DNA of 42,058 nucleotides from Candidatus Sumerlaeales bacterium (GCA_038243585.1 JBBSQY010000029.1:1-42058), one strand, 5' to 3'. Numbered from the stretch's first letter, positions 16,403 to 27,400 are shown. The notes: generated by a model not told the origin, from the letters alone. Numbers and translations: made by a program.

Positions 16403-18091
16403 CTACTTCACTTCCAATTCGACGTCGAGTTTCTCTCCAGCTATTACTTCCACTTCCTGCTCGCCGGTTTTGTCGAGTTGCTCTAATGTAACAAAATATT
16501 TCCCGGCCGGAAGGACCACTATAGTGGTTTCATCATAGCTCGATGTGATTTTTTTTCGTTCACCGGATAGGTTTGCTTTTGCTTCGCTAATGCTCCAGAA
16601 GCGTCTTTCACTGGAGACCTTTGGTTTGAGACTCAGAATTCCTGCATTCAGGTCCAATGTCGGCGCTATGGCTTCGTTGGCCTTAACTTCTATTGGCGTT
16701 TCGGCGGTGGCTGATCCACAAACGATTTGTAAGACGTAATTGCCAGCGTTGAGTTTAAACGTCGGTTTTTTATCGTAACTGGTGGTTACAGACTCTCGTT
16801 TACCTTCCAAATCCTTTTCCGCGGAATATACAGTCCAAGCCGTATTGTGTGTTACTTCTTCCTGACCGGAATAGACTACGACAGGCTTTACAATTCCCGT
16901 GCTTAAATCGACAACTGGTTTGAGCGCAGTTCCTGCCTCCACTGTGAAGCTGGTCTTGCCTTCAGCATCTCCAAATTTGGCGGTAAGAATATATGTTCCT
17001 GCTGTAATGACTAGTGAGGGTGCGTCTTCGTAGCTGGTGAATATAGAGGTTTTGGCGTCCTGGTCTGAGTATAAGCTCCATGTGACGTCTTTTAATGTTT
17101 CGCCATCTTCACTGGCCCTGGCCACCGGCTGTACAACGCCTGCGTTCAGGTTGATGGTTAATTGTTTATCTTTCGCGGTGTCCCAGCTTACCTGAGCTTT
17201 GGCGATATTAGCCGAGGCCTCGACTATGTAGTTCCCTTCTGGGATCTCTGCCGTGTAAACAGGATCATAACCGGTCGCGAGAGCAGTGCCCAATTCCTCG
17301 CTGCCAGCTTTATCTTCGTAAATGTCGAACCGAATGTCACGTTTGACAGCCTCACCATTTTCTTTAAAAACCGCCTGGACTGTCAACTTGTCTGTCTTAG
17401 GAGGTGCAACAGAATCGGCGCTTTTTACCTGCTCCACCACCTCGGAGAGGGCGGACTTAAGTTCGCCCGCACTCTGCGCGTTGAGATATTTCCCACCCGT
17501 GTTTTCGGCGAGGCATCGCAGTTGAGCCTGGTGTGCGGGATCGGATACATCGAACCCTATGACATGAGCAGTAAAATTGATTCCTTTTCCTTCCAGCTCA
17601 GTTCCCACATCACAGGGGTTTTTATCACAGGTCTCTTCGCCGTCGCTAATGAGAATGACGGTCGCGGTTTCTTCGCTGAATTTCAGCGCATCGGCAGCCT
17701 TGATGGTGGCATCGCTTAGCGGCGTTTTACCCAGCGGGGTGAGCTTATCTGCGGCATCCAGAATGGCTTGTTTATCCGGCGTACCAACCGGCACGACCAC
17801 CTCAATATCGGCGCAGTCGCCTTTACGCCTGTGTCCATAAGCCATCAGGCCTACTTCCACCTCAGGGTCCCACTCGTTCATCAAATCAGAGAGAGCCTTG
17901 CGAGCAATGGTCATCTTGTCGACATCGCCAATTTTGCCCATCATACTGCCGGATGCATCGAGGACGATCATAACCCGAGCCTTGGGTGCAGCCTGGATGG
18001 CAGCGCACATCAGCATGGAAAGTGCTAAAATGGCTATAACTTTAACTCGTAAACCTGTTGTTAAATTACACATTCGGATAACTCCTGTCAT
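16403..18091 (-). CDS. Secreted VWA domain protein with repeated beta-sandwich modules
   Basis: MIDAS LDASGSM, AYGHR...C.DIE, GKTPL, LISDGEETC; repeated (T/S)SYD...L.AG.Y modules. Confidence 0.88.
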   Translation of the reverse strand: MTGVIRMCNLTTGLRVKVIAILALSMLMCAAIQAAPKARVMIVLDASGSMMGKIGDVDKMTIARKALSDLMNEWDPEVEVGLMAYGHRRKGDCADIEVVVPVGTPDKQAILDAADKLTPLGKTPLSDATIKAADALKFSEETATVILISDGEETCDKNPCDVGTELEGKGINFTAHVIGFDVSDPAHQAQLRCLAENTGGKYLNAQSAGELKSALSEVVEQVKSADSVAPPKTDKLTVQAVFKENGEAVKRDIRFDIYEDKAGSEELGTALATGYDPVYTAEIPEGNYIVEASANIAKAQVSWDTAKDKQLTINLNAGVVQPVARASEDGETLKDVTWSLYSDQDAKTSIFTSYEDAPSLVITAGTYILTAKFGDAEGKTSFTVEAGTALKPVVDLSTGIVKPVVVYSGQEEVTHNTAWTVYSAEKDLEGKRESVTTSYDKKPTFKLNAGNYVLQIVCGSATAETPIEVKANEAIAPTLDLNAGILSLKPKVSSERRFWSISEAKANLSGERKKITSSYDETTIVVLPAGKYFVTLEQLDKTGEQEVEVIAGEKLDVELEVK

Positions 18092-18197
18092 TTAAACCTG
18101 AAAGCGATGGAGTGACCGAAGTAAAAAATTCTGTCAACATCAACTTAGGAACAGGGAGAAAGCCTTTATACGCTGCCGCTTCTGCGAACTACTGTGG

Positions 18198-19862
18198 TCA
18201 GATAAACAGTAGTATGATAATCTGTGCTGCTACGATTCGCAGAATCATTGTGAGCGGGTAAATTGTGGCGTAGACTGTGGTTGGGATATCGCTTCCGGTG
18301 CTTTTGATCGCGAAGGCGAGGGCTGGCGGGTCGGTTGAGAATCCGGCTAACAGACCACAAATTTCGGAGTATGTTTTTCTAAAATACCGCTTTGCGATTA
18401 ATCCCATGGTAACGTGTGGAACGAGGGTGATGAGAGCGCCCATGCCGAGCCAGATAAATCCGCGGCCGCCTTCGAATGCCCGTGATATGCTGGCTCCACT
18501 TCCGAGGCCCACGCTGGCGAGAAAGAGGGTGATGCCGAATTCGCGCATCATTAGATTTGCGCTGCTGGTGGTGTAACTATTAAGGAAGAATCTGCCGCCA
18601 AACCGGCTGAGCAGGAGTGCAACAATCAACGGCCCGCCGGCGATTCCAATTTTGAGAGCTGACGGCATGCCGGGTATCATTATGGGAATGCTGCCGAGGG
18701 TGACGCCGAGTACGATGCCGAAAAAAATAGGTGCAAGATCGGGCACGTCCAGAGCTTTTACGGAGTTTCCTAATTTCTGGCTGACTCGTTCAACTCCGCC
18801 ATGGGTGCCGACTACCTTAACCGTATCACCGAGTTGCAAATACATGGATGGACTCGGGATTAACTCCATGTCTGCACGCATCAGCCGCGAGATGCGGTAA
18901 TCGGGGCCATTCAGTTCAGGTATGTTTCCCATTGGCCCGTAGGTTACTTCTGCGTGCGTAACCAGAATCAGCGCATCGTAAATTTCGTTATCGGAAACCC
19001 GTTTCAGGTCGACGTTTACTTCGTCGCCGATTAACATTCTAAGCTGAGAGAGCTGACTCCTGGGTGTTACAATAAGCATTATATCGCCGTCGGCGAAAAC
19101 CGTATCCTGGTTGGGAGTAAAGATCACCTCGTTTCGCATCATCCGGGTAATAACTAATGGTTCCCGCATGAGAGTGTTCAGGGATTGAATGCGTTTACCG
19201 ATGAGTTTCGGATTTTCCAATCGCATATGGACGGCCCTGATCTGGGTGGTGCCCATAGCAGCCAAACGCCGATGGAGTTTCTTCTCGCGGTCCATGTCTA
19301 CGCGAAAAATCCGCTTCAGTATCAGCATTGAAAATATGATCCCAACGACGCCGAAGGGGTAAGCCACGGCATACGCCAGGGTTACCATTGTTCGATCGAT
19401 TTGTATGCCGGTATCTTTAAGGGTGGACTGCGCGGCACCGAGGCCCGGGGTATTTGTTACTGCGCCGCTCATGAGCCCGGCCATTACACCGATATGGGAA
19501 TGGCTTAGAAAGTAACACAGGATAGTCATGAGAACGCTCATAACTACTGCGCCGGCAGCTATCAGGTTGTTCGTAAGTGCTTTCTCTTTCAGGGAGGCAA
19601 AGAAGCCAGGACCTACTTGCAGCCCGATAAAATAGACGAATAGAACCAGGCCGAAATCTTTGAGGAAACCGCGGACGGATTCGTCGACGGTTGCCCCTAC
19701 GTATGAGAATGCAAGCCCGACAAAGAGAATCCACGTTATGCCGAATGCGACTCCGAATATGCGGATCTTTCCAAGCCATATTCCGATAAGGATTACGAGC
19801 GAGTAAACAATAATTGTTTGTTCGATGCCGTGTCGTGAAAAGAAGTCTGCAAGCCAAGCCAT
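18198..19862 (-). CDS. AspT/YidE/YbjL family putative transporter with TrkA-C domains
   Basis: FGLVLFVYFIGLQVGPGFF, GAVTNTPGLGAAQ, YAVAYPFGVVG, STDPPALAFA, YATIYPLTMILRI. Confidence 0.92.
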   Translation of the reverse strand: MAWLADFFSRHGIEQTIIVYSLVILIGIWLGKIRIFGVAFGITWILFVGLAFSYVGATVDESVRGFLKDFGLVLFVYFIGLQVGPGFFASLKEKALTNNLIAAGAVVMSVLMTILCYFLSHSHIGVMAGLMSGAVTNTPGLGAAQSTLKDTGIQIDRTMVTLAYAVAYPFGVVGIIFSMLILKRIFRVDMDREKKLHRRLAAMGTTQIRAVHMRLENPKLIGKRIQSLNTLMREPLVITRMMRNEVIFTPNQDTVFADGDIMLIVTPRSQLSQLRMLIGDEVNVDLKRVSDNEIYDALILVTHAEVTYGPMGNIPELNGPDYRISRLMRADMELIPSPSMYLQLGDTVKVVGTHGGVERVSQKLGNSVKALDVPDLAPIFFGIVLGVTLGSIPIMIPGMPSALKIGIAGGPLIVALLLSRFGGRFFLNSYTTSSANLMMREFGITLFLASVGLGSGASISRAFEGGRGFIWLGMGALITLVPHVTMGLIAKRYFRKTYSEICGLLAGFSTDPPALAFAIKSTGSDIPTTVYATIYPLTMILRIVAAQIIILLFI

Positions 19863-20195
19863 AAATCTCGGGGCGATTAACGCACTACCTTTCGATTTTC
19901 CGCATCATGCTCGATGCTACCATTGGTATTGCCAAAAACTATGGTTCTCTGGATTTATATTATGGAATCATGAAGCGGGGGTGATGATGCAAGGGGCGCC
20001 GGGAGTTTCAGGCTCGCGCTCTGCAGTGGGGTGATAGAGAAGGGTCGGGCTGTTTTTGAAGGATTAGGCCCAGGAGAATACGAATGGGTCGCGGGGAACG
20101 TATAGAATCTCTGTCGGGAGTGTTTGTTTTACTGGACTCCGGGTAGGTCGCGCTTGCGGCACGTCTACCCGGTTACCTTTTTTAAGGATATAACC

Positions 20196-21143
20196 ATGAA
20201 CTTCCTGCTCCTCGTTGTCGGATTGGCGGTATTGATTAAGAGTGCCGACTGGCTTGTGGAAGGCGCGGCATCGATCGCCGATCGCTTTGGAGTCGCACCC
20301 CTGGCCATTGGCTTGACGATTGTCGCATTCGGGACTTCTGCCCCCGAGCTTGTGGTTAATCTGATTGCTATTTTCCAAGGCAATACCCAACTCGCTATCG
20401 GGAATATTGTCGGTAGCAATATCGCAAATGTCCTTTTGATTCTCGGTGTTTCCGCAGCCATTTATCCGCTCAGCGTGAAGAGCAGCACGGTGTGGAAAGA
20501 GATTCCCCTGGCGCTACTGGCCGCCGTGATGATCATGATCATGGCCAACGACATGCTTCTGGAAGGGACGAGCGTGTCGACGCTGGGACGGATCGACGGG
20601 CTAGTGCTGCTGGCGTTCTTCCTGGTCTTCCTCTACTATAGCTGTTGCGTTTCCAAGGTCGCGGGTGAAGAGGAAACGATAAAACAGATGCCGATGGGAC
20701 GTTCGATACTGGCTACGGTTGCGGGCATCGCCGGCCTGGTGATTGGTGGAAAACTCCTCGTGGACAGTGCGGTATCGATCGCGACGGACCTGGGCTTGAG
20801 CGAGGCGCTGATCGGCCTGACGGTTGTGGCGATCGGCACGTCATTGCCTGAGCTGGCCACATCGGCGGTGGCGGCTTACAAGGGTCAGTCGGACATCGCC
20901 ATCGGCAACGTGGTTGGTTCGAGCATCTTTAACACGTTTTGGATTCTGGGCATTAGCGCGACGATCAAGCCGCTGCCCCTGGTGCCTGCTAACAACTTCG
21001 ACTTTCTTGTGTCTATCGCTGCGAGTACACTCCTGTTCCTGGCGCTGTTTCTAGGCCGCCGCCACCTGCTGGAGCGGTGGCAGGGCTTCGTGTTCCTTGG
21101 GCTATACGCAGCATATCTATCGGTGCTGGTGTTGAAACAGTAA
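20196..21143 (+). CDS. Calcium/sodium antiporter (YrbG/CaCA family)
   Basis: GTSAPEL...GNIVGSN and GTSLPEL...GNVVGSS alpha repeats. Confidence 0.93.
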   Translation: MNFLLLVVGLAVLIKSADWLVEGAASIADRFGVAPLAIGLTIVAFGTSAPELVVNLIAIFQGNTQLAIGNIVGSNIANVLLILGVSAAIYPLSVKSSTVWKEIPLALLAAVMIMIMANDMLLEGTSVSTLGRIDGLVLLAFFLVFLYYSCCVSKVAGEEETIKQMPMGRSILATVAGIAGLVIGGKLLVDSAVSIATDLGLSEALIGLTVVAIGTSLPELATSAVAAYKGQSDIAIGNVVGSSIFNTFWILGISATIKPLPLVPANNFDFLVSIAASTLLFLALFLGRRHLLERWQGFVFLGLYAAYLSVLVLKQ

Positions 21144-21154
21144 TGGAAATGCGT

Positions 21155-21994
21155 TCAGGCGGCAGGACGGATAATGCGATACCTGGCGTTTACCAGTTGG
21201 AATACGCCATAGGCTAGAAGTCCGAGACCTACCAGTGCGAGAAGCCACGGGCCGTAGGGTTGTTGCAGGAGTGATTCTAAAGCTCCGCTCAGGCCTTTTG
21301 CTTTGGACGAGTCGCTTTTAAATCCTGCGGTCATTAAGAAGAAACCAATGATGAGACTGACAAGCCCACGGGCGGCATAGCCGACGCGGCCGATGGTGCG
21401 GATTATGTCGAGGGTTTTTGGATTAACGTCCGGTTGTTCGATTTTTTTCATAAACCGGGCATGATATGCGGCTATAAACTCTCTGACTGCCCAGATCATT
21501 ATGCCTACACCAACAGCGATAATTAAATATCGGCCAAAGGGTTGCGCCATCAAACGGGCGGTCCAGTCCTGAGCGCTGGTGTCTCCGCTTTTATCGCTTC
21601 CTCCGGCGGTGAGGCGAAAGGCCTGGAGAGCTAGTCCCCCGTGGAGAAATGCGCTGATGGCGTAGCCTGCGCGCTTCATAATTCCTTTGGTAGAAGTGCC
21701 TTCGTGTTCCGGGTCTTTTACTGCCTGGATGAGGCGCCAGAATGCGTAACCCATAAGCCCAATGCCGGCTATTATAAGCATGGATTTGCCGAAGGGCTCG
21801 TTGACCAGTGTTTCCAGCGCTCCGCCGGAATCTTCTACCTGAGTGCCTGTCCCCATGCCGGTTTTAATAGCAAGGAAACCTATAATAATGTAAACGAGTC
21901 CTTTAGCGGCGTAGCCGAGACGGGCGAGGTATTCTATCCATTTTGAGGGTGGAGCGTTTGTTGCGTTATTTACAGCGCGCTTGACATCGTTCAT
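21155..21994 (-). CDS. DUF1206 domain membrane protein
   Basis: ARLGYAAKGLVY, PFGK, GRVGYAARG, QPYGPWLL repeats. Confidence 0.85.
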   Translation of the reverse strand: MNDVKRAVNNATNAPPSKWIEYLARLGYAAKGLVYIIIGFLAIKTGMGTGTQVEDSGGALETLVNEPFGKSMLIIAGIGLMGYAFWRLIQAVKDPEHEGTSTKGIMKRAGYAISAFLHGGLALQAFRLTAGGSDKSGDTSAQDWTARLMAQPFGRYLIIAVGVGIMIWAVREFIAAYHARFMKKIEQPDVNPKTLDIIRTIGRVGYAARGLVSLIIGFFLMTAGFKSDSSKAKGLSGALESLLQQPYGPWLLALVGLGLLAYGVFQLVNARYRIIRPAA

Positions 21995-22340
21995 GTTTTT
22001 TTCCTGATAGTGCTTTATGATTTTGCTAGTAAGTAAGTTTGTTAAGCAATTCTTTTGCCACTGTCTTTGCATCTAACTTTACACGTTTCTTGCCTGACGC
22101 TAGCATCTAATGCGGTGACGAATTAGCCTGTAAAATATGCATCTAGCATGATTGATGCGTAATCTGAAAATGCACTGCTTAACTCTAGTAGAATCTACCA
22201 CGTATGAGGCAGAGTGCCTTTTTTTCAGTTGATTGTGTAATGCAGCGACAAGACTTAAGGCGGCATGAGTCAAAAGGTGGATTCAAACACGCTGCACTCT
22301 CGAACGCACTGGCACAGGCTGTCAGCTGATCGGAGCAAGT

Positions 22341-23015
22341 ATGACATGGTCCATGTCTAACGTTTGCCTTTTCGATAAAGGCCGCTTTATTGAGCTATCC
22401 AATGCCGCATTTTCTTACGATGCATCTAATAATGAAAATGATAGTGGCGACGATCTTAATCATGCTGACGATCTTAATAGTGCATTAGAGGTTTTGGAGA
22501 CTGATCCCAGCGATCTCATTGACTGTATTGTTGTTGTTTTTGAGGGTCGTAAAAGCCTGATTGATGTCGAAAGGCTTTGTGCATCTTCTGACGGTAAAGC
22601 TATTGTGCTGCTTGGATTGAGAGCTCTTCTGCATGACATTGGTAAGATGGGGATTCCTGACTCCATTCTCTTAAAGGCGGGACCGCTGTCTGAAGAAGAA
22701 TGGAAGATCATGAAGATGCATCCGGTGTATGCTCATGATCTTCTTTATCCTATCACGTTCCTACGGCCTGCACTGGATATTCCTTATTGTCATCACGAAA
22801 AATCCGATGGAACGGGGTATCCGCGCGGCCTGACTGGTGACCAAATACCGATGGCTGCCAAGCTGTTTGCACCGGTGGATATCTGGGATGCTTTAACGTC
22901 TGACCGGCCTTACCGCAAAGCATGGTCGCCGGACGAGGCGCGGAAGCATTTGGTCTCCCTTTCGGGCACTCATCTGGATCCAAATGTCGTCGGATTGTTT
23001 CTTCAACACCTCTGA
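22341..23015 (+). CDS. HD-GYP domain protein, N-terminally truncated or chimeric (possible pseudogene)
   Basis: LLHDIGK, HHEKSDGTGYP, DIWDALTSDRPYRKAW; the usual upstream T-x-x-H-S-x-R-V helix is absent. Confidence 0.75.
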   Translation: MTWSMSNVCLFDKGRFIELSNAAFSYDASNNENDSGDDLNHADDLNSALEVLETDPSDLIDCIVVVFEGRKSLIDVERLCASSDGKAIVLLGLRALLHDIGKMGIPDSILLKAGPLSEEEWKIMKMHPVYAHDLLYPITFLRPALDIPYCHHEKSDGTGYPRGLTGDQIPMAAKLFAPVDIWDALTSDRPYRKAWSPDEARKHLVSLSGTHLDPNVVGLFLQHL

Positions 23016-23135
23016 CATTCGGGATTATGAGATGCAGGGCATTTGTTTTTACGCGAGGTTTTTCCGTATTGACATCTGGGATGAGCTGATACTTATTTGG
23101 TTCCTTCACCAGACACAATGCACTCGGAGACCCTG

Positions 23136-24554
23136 ATGCGATTCCAAAGTCATTTTATCCTTTTAACGATTTTCACGGTTGGGATTTCAGTATTCTCCTG
23201 CCCGGAAAGGGTTAATGCTCAAACGCCATTTTCGCCGCAGAAGGTTCGCGAGCTTCCGGTAGGACGGCAGATGCAGGGTAGTGCGGTTATTGGGAAAAGG
23301 CTTTATGTGTTTGGAGGAAACACTACGGTTGCCTGGCAAGATGATGTAATTTCTGCGGAGATTAACGACGACGGTGGCCTGGGACCATGGCGGTCGGAAC
23401 TACCGATGCCTCAGCGAAGAGCCTATATCGGACAAGCGGTTGATGTCATTAACAACACTGTTTATATTACGGCGGGCATTGTCGCCTCGGCGCCGATTTC
23501 TTCGGAAGACATGCTCAAGCCGGTCTCGACAGTTCTCTACACTAGTGTGAAGCCAGACGGAAGCTTAAATCCATGGCAGGAAAGTGCTCCTTTTGGCAGT
23601 CAAGGTCGGGGGAATGTCGCGACATGTTCGAATGAAAATTTCCTGTTTGTTACGGGTGGCAAATCGGGCCAGAATACCTTCAACAGTATCATCCGGGCCA
23701 AGATTGGCGAGAATGGAGATCCGACAGACTGGAAAGAGTGCGGGCAGATGCCGGTAGGATTATGGTTTCATGGTGCTGCAATCATGGATAACCGAATGAT
23801 GATATGGGGCGGGCTGACTGGAGCGAAATCAGATACAACAACGCCTCAGGTGTGGACGGCAGATGTAGACAAGGATGGTATGATCTCCAATTGGCACACT
23901 ACTACGTCTATGCCGAAAGCAATCTACTCGTCTGTATTCTGTGGTTTTAATGACTACCTGATTGCTGTAGGCGGACGATATACTGGGGGTATTCCTACGA
24001 ATGATATCTGGTATGCACAACTTAGTAAAGGCCAGGTGCAGCCATGGACCCATTTGACTACAGATCTTGATTCGAGGCTTTATACAAGCCTGGGACTTGA
24101 TAAGGCGCGCGGAACAATTTACATTGTTGGTGGCAGACATCGCCAGGGTGGGGTGGGTGAAACGGGGCACCTGGTATCGGAGATAGGGGCATTTAAGCTG
24201 GGAACAAAAGCGGCGCCGGCGGCGGTTGCAGGGAGTTCTGCGAGTCACTCCAATATTGACCTGGCGCTGGCTGCCGCGGCAAAGTCTAAAAAGCAGGTAT
24301 TGGCTTATTTCTTTTCGCCAGATGTTCCCGCGTGTACTCGCTTTGCCAGCAGTGTTCTGGAGAGTGCGGCAATCAAGGCTTTGCTTGGTAATTACGAATT
24401 TGTTAAAGTCGATGCGAGCCAGGATTCCAAGCCAGGATACAAGTACTCGATTTTCCGGGTGCCTGCATTAATTCGACTTACTTCGAGTGGTGAACTGGTA
24501 GACAAGTCCAGGTCTTTACTGACAGTGGAAGACACGGCGGCTTTTCTCAAGTAG
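23136..24554 (+). CDS. Secreted Kelch-repeat beta-propeller with C-terminal thioredoxin-like domain
   Basis: LYVFGG, LFVTGG, MIWGG, IAVGG, IYIVGG repeats; C-terminal KKQVLAYFFSPDVPAC...FRVPALI. Confidence 0.8.
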   Translation: MRFQSHFILLTIFTVGISVFSCPERVNAQTPFSPQKVRELPVGRQMQGSAVIGKRLYVFGGNTTVAWQDDVISAEINDDGGLGPWRSELPMPQRRAYIGQAVDVINNTVYITAGIVASAPISSEDMLKPVSTVLYTSVKPDGSLNPWQESAPFGSQGRGNVATCSNENFLFVTGGKSGQNTFNSIIRAKIGENGDPTDWKECGQMPVGLWFHGAAIMDNRMMIWGGLTGAKSDTTTPQVWTADVDKDGMISNWHTTTSMPKAIYSSVFCGFNDYLIAVGGRYTGGIPTNDIWYAQLSKGQVQPWTHLTTDLDSRLYTSLGLDKARGTIYIVGGRHRQGGVGETGHLVSEIGAFKLGTKAAPAAVAGSSASHSNIDLALAAAAKSKKQVLAYFFSPDVPACTRFASSVLESAAIKALLGNYEFVKVDASQDSKPGYKYSIFRVPALIRLTSSGELVDKSRSLLTVEDTAAFLK

Positions 24555-24745
24555 GTTCGAGCGGGGCAATCAGTTCTAAAATGTGATTGCCATGCGCAGG
24601 CTGATGGCGTGCGGGTATGATTTTCTCTTGCAAAGGTTTTACAGACGGGAGGAAGTCATAAGTACCACGAGAGTCAGTATGAATTAATAGAAGATGAGGG
24701 AAGCTATGGCCTTTATTCTAACTATGCCAGTTCCAGATCTAAAAG

Positions 24746-27364
24746 ATGATAGCCGGTGGGTGCAATAGCTTGATCGATCACGCACCCTTGTCCTTGGCTG
24801 ATCATAGTAGGCACCGCCATGCAGCCCTTGCGGGACGAGTGCTTGGGATCTTAATGTGTATCACTGCTCTATTGGTTCTTGTGGGATGGGCGATGGATAT
24901 TGGTGTGATGAAGAGCATTACACCGGCCTGGATCTCGATGAAAGCTAACACGGCGATCTGCTTTCTGCTTTGTAGTGCTGCGCTGATTGTCACCTCGGGG
25001 ACTGGCCGCGGCTTCGTCGCGACCTTCATCGTAAGTACCTGCCTGGCGGCTACATTTCTTATTAGCAGTACGACTCTTCTTCAATATATCCTCAAAGCAA
25101 ATTTTGGTATCGACGAACTGCTTTTTTCGGACCCTATAGCAGGAACTGCGACCATTCACCCGGGACGCACGGCTCCAGCCGCGTGCCTTAGCTTTATGAT
25201 ACTCAGCGTTGCCTTGATGTTGACGTACATTCACCGCGCAATGTGGACTGCTCATATTCTCGTCGGAACGGCTTTTATTATTACAGGTTTCGCCCTGTCC
25301 CATTACCTTTATAATGTGAAGTCTTTCTTTGCAGTCCCTCGTTATACCCAACTCGCATTTCATACGATTGTTTTATCTTTTTCCGGGTGCCTGGGCACGC
25401 TTATGGTGGGTTCAGACGAGGGTTTGATGAAGCTAATATTCAAGCCAGGGGTCGGCGGAATGATCATGCGGAGGGTTATCCCGCTGGCTATTATTGTCCC
25501 GTCATTTTTCGGTTGGCTTCGCTGGCAGGGTCAGAGAGCGAACTTGTACGATACCGAATTTGGAGTGGCATTGACCGTTCTCTTTTCCACTGTGGCGCTC
25601 TTCCTAGTCATCATCTTTGCAGGCAGCCTTGCAGACAAGGTGGAACAAGAAAAGGATGCAGCGGCTCGCCTGCTTGAACGTACCATGCAACGGCTCAATC
25701 TTGCACTGAGCACGGCGGGGGTTGGGACATGGGATCTGAGTTTTTCTCCAGATCGATTCGAATGCGATGAGCATGTTTCCATGTTGCTCGGCCTACCAAA
25801 AGCGACAGTGGTAAGCGATCTTCAGGAGTTTCTTTCGCATCTGCCAATTGAAGACTCTAAGCGCGTTTTCAGCGCGTTAAATGCTGCCCGCGCAGAGCAC
25901 ACATCTTTTACGCCGGAATTCCGCGTAATCTGGCCAGACGGAAATTCACGCGTTCTGAGCACTCAGAGCAAAGTGTTTTTGCAGGATGGCCGGGAAAGAA
26001 TGACTGGTGTTTTTTGGGACATTACAGAGCGTAAAAGCATCGAAGATCAACTTCGTTTCGAAGCCTATAATGACCCGTTAACGCGTTTGCCCAATCGCGT
26101 GGCGTTTATACAACATCTGGACCGAGCCCTTGCTCATCAACGACGTCGCGGTGGATATGAGTTCGCTGTGCTATTCCTCGATCTTGACCGATTCAAACAG
26201 GTTAACGACACCTTTGGACATTCCATGGGAGATCAGCTTCTTGTACAGGTGGGACAACGGCTCGCTTCCCTGCTGCGTCCTGGTGATATAGCTAGCAGGT
26301 TTGGTGGTGATGAGTTTACTATTCTTCTGGATGACCTTAATAATTCCAGTGAAGGGGGCGATGCCGTGCGCGTTGCTTCAAAGTTGCACCACGGACTCAG
26401 CTTACCGTTTCACGTCGCAGGCCAGGTGCTTTACGTAGGAAGCAGCATCGGTATTGCCCTTAGTCAGTCCGGATATAGCGACTCAGACACTCTTCTGCGC
26501 GATGCCGATGTTGCGATGTACCAGGCAAAACAGATGGGCAAGGGTCGCGTTGAAGTGTTCGACAAACAGTTGTATGAACAAATGGCTATGACCCTGCTTC
26601 TCGAAAATGAAATGCGATCAGCTATCGAGCGCAACGAATTCTTTCTCAATTACCAACCGATTGTCCAGATTGCATCACGGCAGATAGTAGGGTTTGAAGC
26701 ACTCGCACGTTGGAAGAATCCGCATCGTGGACTAGTTTCTCCTGCTGAGTTCATCCCTGTTGCTGAAGAGTCTGGTTTAATCGTGCCGCTGGGCTGGTAT
26801 ATACTGGAGGAGGCCTGCCGCGCGAATACCAGATTACGTGAGGCGGGCATTGCCTGCCCGGTTAGCGTCAACGTCTCCTCACGACAGTTTCTGCAGCCTA
26901 ACTTCTGCAATAAGATAGCAGAAATCTTGACTACCACAGGAGTTCAAGGGCGACATCTAAAGCTGGAGATTACTGAGAGCTTGACGATGCAAAATGTTCC
27001 TAGGCACCAGGCAATTATCGAGACATTGAAGCAGTTAGGAATCGAGTTGCAGATTGATGATTTTGGTACAGGTTATTCTTCGTTAGTTTACCTCAGTCAG
27101 TTGCCCATCGACGCGCTAAAGATTGACCAATCTTTCGTAAGGCAGCTTGGGATGACTAGTAAAGGGGACGAGCTTTGTCGGACGGTTGTGGCGCTGGCCG
27201 CCAACATGAATCTGGAGTGTATTGCAGAAGGAATTGAAACTGAGGAACAGCTTAGCTTGTTATCAGATATGGGCTGCAAAATGGGACAGGGATACCTCTT
27301 TGCCAAGCCGCTTTCTGAATCAGGTGCTATAGATTTCGCCAGACAATCGGTGGGTGTTGGCTAA
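24746..27364 (+). CDS. Membrane-bound PAS-GGDEF-EAL diguanylate cyclase/phosphodiesterase
   Basis: Multi-TM N-terminus, PAS (DITERK), DLDRFK, RPGD I-site, FGGDEF, FEALARW, DDFGTGYSSL, EGIET. Confidence 0.95.
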   Translation: MIAGGCNSLIDHAPLSLADHSRHRHAALAGRVLGILMCITALLVLVGWAMDIGVMKSITPAWISMKANTAICFLLCSAALIVTSGTGRGFVATFIVSTCLAATFLISSTTLLQYILKANFGIDELLFSDPIAGTATIHPGRTAPAACLSFMILSVALMLTYIHRAMWTAHILVGTAFIITGFALSHYLYNVKSFFAVPRYTQLAFHTIVLSFSGCLGTLMVGSDEGLMKLIFKPGVGGMIMRRVIPLAIIVPSFFGWLRWQGQRANLYDTEFGVALTVLFSTVALFLVIIFAGSLADKVEQEKDAAARLLERTMQRLNLALSTAGVGTWDLSFSPDRFECDEHVSMLLGLPKATVVSDLQEFLSHLPIEDSKRVFSALNAARAEHTSFTPEFRVIWPDGNSRVLSTQSKVFLQDGRERMTGVFWDITERKSIEDQLRFEAYNDPLTRLPNRVAFIQHLDRALAHQRRRGGYEFAVLFLDLDRFKQVNDTFGHSMGDQLLVQVGQRLASLLRPGDIASRFGGDEFTILLDDLNNSSEGGDAVRVASKLHHGLSLPFHVAGQVLYVGSSIGIALSQSGYSDSDTLLRDADVAMYQAKQMGKGRVEVFDKQLYEQMAMTLLLENEMRSAIERNEFFLNYQPIVQIASRQIVGFEALARWKNPHRGLVSPAEFIPVAEESGLIVPLGWYILEEACRANTRLREAGIACPVSVNVSSRQFLQPNFCNKIAEILTTTGVQGRHLKLEITESLTMQNVPRHQAIIETLKQLGIELQIDDFGTGYSSLVYLSQLPIDALKIDQSFVRQLGMTSKGDELCRTVVALAANMNLECIAEGIETEEQLSLLSDMGCKMGQGYLFAKPLSESGAIDFARQSVGVG

Positions 27365-27400
27365 GCTGCAAACCTGTTTCTGAATGTATTGATGACGATG

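Noticed and set aside
22080..22340. Possible c-di-GMP riboswitch near the HD-GYP/GGDEF genes
   Set aside because: No recognisable GEMM-I or GEMM-II consensus could be found by eye.
1760..23093. TTGAC-N12/13-TAnnnT-like promoters at 1760, 14502 and 23069
   Set aside because: Non-canonical spacing and weak -10 boxes; unsupported without TSS data.
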